This document shows, piece after piece, positions 62,049 through 64,000 of a stretch of DNA of 64,000 nucleotides. Source of the stretch: Sphingomonadaceae bacterium (GTDB lineage: Bacteria; Chloroflexota; UBA6077); NCBI GenBank assembly GCA_050261575.1, contig JBLNDL010000093.1, positions 1 to 64,000 on the forward strand, in the 5' to 3' direction. The first letter of the stretch is position 1. Each line of letters starts with the position of its first letter. Under the pieces are notes generated by a model. It had not been told where the DNA came from. It saw only the letters and a list, made by a program, of their open reading frames with translations, and did not search any database. The position numbers and the translations under genes were made by a program.

Positions 62049-64000
62049 CTACCACTTCAGTTCCGGCAGCTTCCGCACGAACACGAAGGTGTCCCGGTTG
62101 AAGCCGATGGGCCCCCAGTAGTTGAAGGCGTAGGTGAACTGGCCGTAGCCTCCGGCCATCAGCACCGGGTTCAGCCGAGCGCGCGTGAGGCTGTTGTTGC
62201 TGCCGGCGCGCCGGTTTCCCCTCACGGGAGACCTGGGCACCGATATGGTTCGCTCCGTGGCGTGGTACAGGAGGGCGATGCCGCGAGGGATCCGGGCGCT
62301 CACCGCCGCTCGGGTCACCACCACCCCGTTGTCGTTGTACAGCTCCACCCAGTCGTTGTCCCGCACCCCCAGCGCCTCGGCGTCCCGATCGTTCATCCAC
62401 ACCGGATCGATCCCTCGGGAGAGGGTGAGCATTCGGTGGTTGTCGGCGTAGGTGGAGTGGATGTGCCACTTGCCGTGAGGAGTCAGAATGTTCACCAGCA
62501 TCGCGTTGCCATCCACCCGGCTGCCCTCCAACTCGTGGAGGGAGTTGTGTCCTGGCCTCGCTTTGTAGGTAGGCAGATGCTCCCCGAACTCCACGTAGAG
62601 CTGGTGGTCCAGGTAGAAGTGCTGCCGGCCGGTGAGGGTCCGCCACGGCACCAGCCGCTCCACGTTGAGCGTGAAGCCCGCGTAGGCGCGGCCGTCGTTG
62701 ACGATCCCGGACCAGCAGGGACTGGTGAGGATGCGGCGGGGTTGCTGCACCAGGTCATCGAAGCTGTAGCGGATCGCCCGGTGGCGCTCCGCCAGGTCGG
62801 TGAGGGGCACGCCGGTCTTGGCCTCCTCCGCCTGGAAGGCCCGATACGCCACCTCGCCGTTCGTCTCGGGCGCGAGGTGGAGGATGACGTTGGCGGCATC
62901 CACCGCCTCGGCCAGGCTGGGGTAGCTCTGTCCGCCCCACCGTTCGCTGGGCCGGGTAGCCGCAAGCTCGTCGTACATGTCTGCCACGTCCCAGTGGAGG
63001 CCGTGGGCCGATAGGCCGTCGCTCCGAACCTTCGGGCCGAGCGAGACGAAGCGGTTGTAGAGGTTCACGTAGTCTCGCTCCACCACCACCAGCCGTGGCA
63101 TGGTCTTGCCGGGGATCGGCTCGCACTCCCCCCTCGCCCAGTCCTCGATCTGGCTCTGGGCCATCTCGTCGGGAGTGTCGTGTTGCAGGGGCACAGCCAC
63201 GATGTCCTTGACCGGCAGCGGGAGGTGGGTTCTGGCCAGCTCGGAGACCTTCCTGGCCAGGGACTTGAAGATCTCCCAGTCGCTTCTGGATTCCCAGCAG
63301 GGGGGCACCACCTGGTTCAGGGGGTGCACGTAGGAGTGAAGGTCGGTCGAGTTCAAATCGGTCTTCTCGTACCACGTGGCGGCGGGCAGGACCACGTCGG
63401 AGTAGAGTGCCGAGGTGTCCATCCGGAAGTTGAGGTCCACCACTAGGTCGAACTTGCCGCTGGGGACCTCGGCCCGCCAGACCACGTCTTCCACGCTTCC
63501 CTCGGCCAGCTCGGCGGCCACCGCGTTGCTGTGGGTTCCGAGGTAGTGCCTCAGGAAGAACTCGTGGCCCTTGGCGCTGGCGTTGAGGGCGTTGCCCCGC
63601 CAGATGAACCACACCCGCGGCCAGTTCTCCGGGGCGTCCGGATCCTCGACGGCGAAGCGCAACGGGGGCCGAGGACTGGGGGCTGGGGACTGAGGACCGA
63701 GCGCGGAGTCCTGGGCGTCGAGTGTCTCGCCTCTCCCAGAGGGAGAGGCCGGCCAAGCGGAGCGAGCACGGGTGAGGGGTGCTCGGTCGATATCGGTTGG
63801 ACCCTCACCCTGTCTCCCCACAACCCCGTCCTTCAGGGCCTGTACCACCCAGGCGACGATCTCCTGATCGCTGGTGGCGCCTGCGGCGATGGCCTCCCTT
63901 ACGAGCTCCAGCGAGTTGTGGTTGAACTGGGGGTAGGAGGGCAGCCAGCCCAGCCGCACCGCCTTCGCCTGGAGGTCGACGGTGTGACCCCTGGCGTGCT
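62049..64000 (-). CDS. narG: Respiratory nitrate reductase alpha subunit, C-terminal part, with a 54-aa in-frame insertion
   Basis: [48 protein letters not shown]; the reading frame continues past the window edge. Confidence 0.97.
   Translation of the reverse strand, partial: HARGHTVDLQAKAVRLGWLPSYPQFNHNSLELVREAIAAGATSDQEIVAWVVQALKDGVVGRQGEGPTDIDRAPLTRARSAWPASPSGRGETLDAQDSALGPQSPAPSPRPPLRFAVEDPDAPENWPRVWFIWRGNALNASAKGHEFFLRHYLGTHSNAVAAELAEGSVEDVVWRAEVPSGKFDLVVDLNFRMDTSALYSDVVLPAATWYEKTDLNSTDLHSYVHPLNQVVPPCWESRSDWEIFKSLARKVSELARTHLPLPVKDIVAVPLQHDTPDEMAQSQIEDWARGECEPIPGKTMPRLVVVERDYVNLYNRFVSLGPKVRSDGLSAHGLHWDVADMYDELAATRPSERWGGQSYPSLAEAVDAANVILHLAPETNGEVAYRAFQAEEAKTGVPLTDLAERHRAIRYSFDDLVQQPRRILTSPCWSGIVNDGRAYAGFTLNVERLVPWRTLTGRQHFYLDHQLYVEFGEHLPTYKARPGHNSLHELEGSRVDGNAMLVNILTPHGKWHIHSTYADNHRMLTLSRGIDPVWMNDRDAEALGVRDNDWVELYNDNGVVVTRAAVSARIPRGIALLYHATERTISVPRSPVRGNRRAGSNNSLTRARLNPVLMAGGYGQFTYAFNYWGPIGFNRDTFVFVRKLPELKW

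Overview
High-GC bacterial chromosomal window, most consistent with a Chloroflexota genome (inference from a GAAC-N4-GTTC SOS box, a small SWIM-finger protein and gene content). It is mostly housekeeping and metabolic DNA: recD2 (partial), a DAACS symporter, thrB-lysC, a hypA-F-C-D-E-B hydrogenase maturation operon, fni, a two-component pair, holA, lexA, rpsT, htrA, lepA, rsgA, pgi/pmi-pgm-rmd, a SAM-I-riboswitch-led mtnA-mtnP-pfkB-ahcY-metK operon, apt, mfd, pth, a wcaJ/glycosyltransferase cluster, rdgB, and narG(partial)HJI-narK. I found no tRNA, rRNA, CRISPR array, transposase or integrase. The unusual signals are: (1) a translationally coupled pair of an 81-aa protein with beta-grasp-like secondary-structure order ending in -VPRVAGG and a membrane-anchored Cys-containing partner, behind a long leader with a Trp-rich mini-ORF and a terminator-like hairpin; (2) five dispersed copies of a ~74-bp inverted-repeat element flanked by TA, two of which overlap host stop codons; (3) REP-like palindromes and heptamer repeats present both between genes and as in-frame 30-70 aa insertions in hypE, hypF (twice), mfd and narG; (4) several candidate cis-regulatory leaders. 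Gene calls come from motif recognition by eye; no database searches were run.
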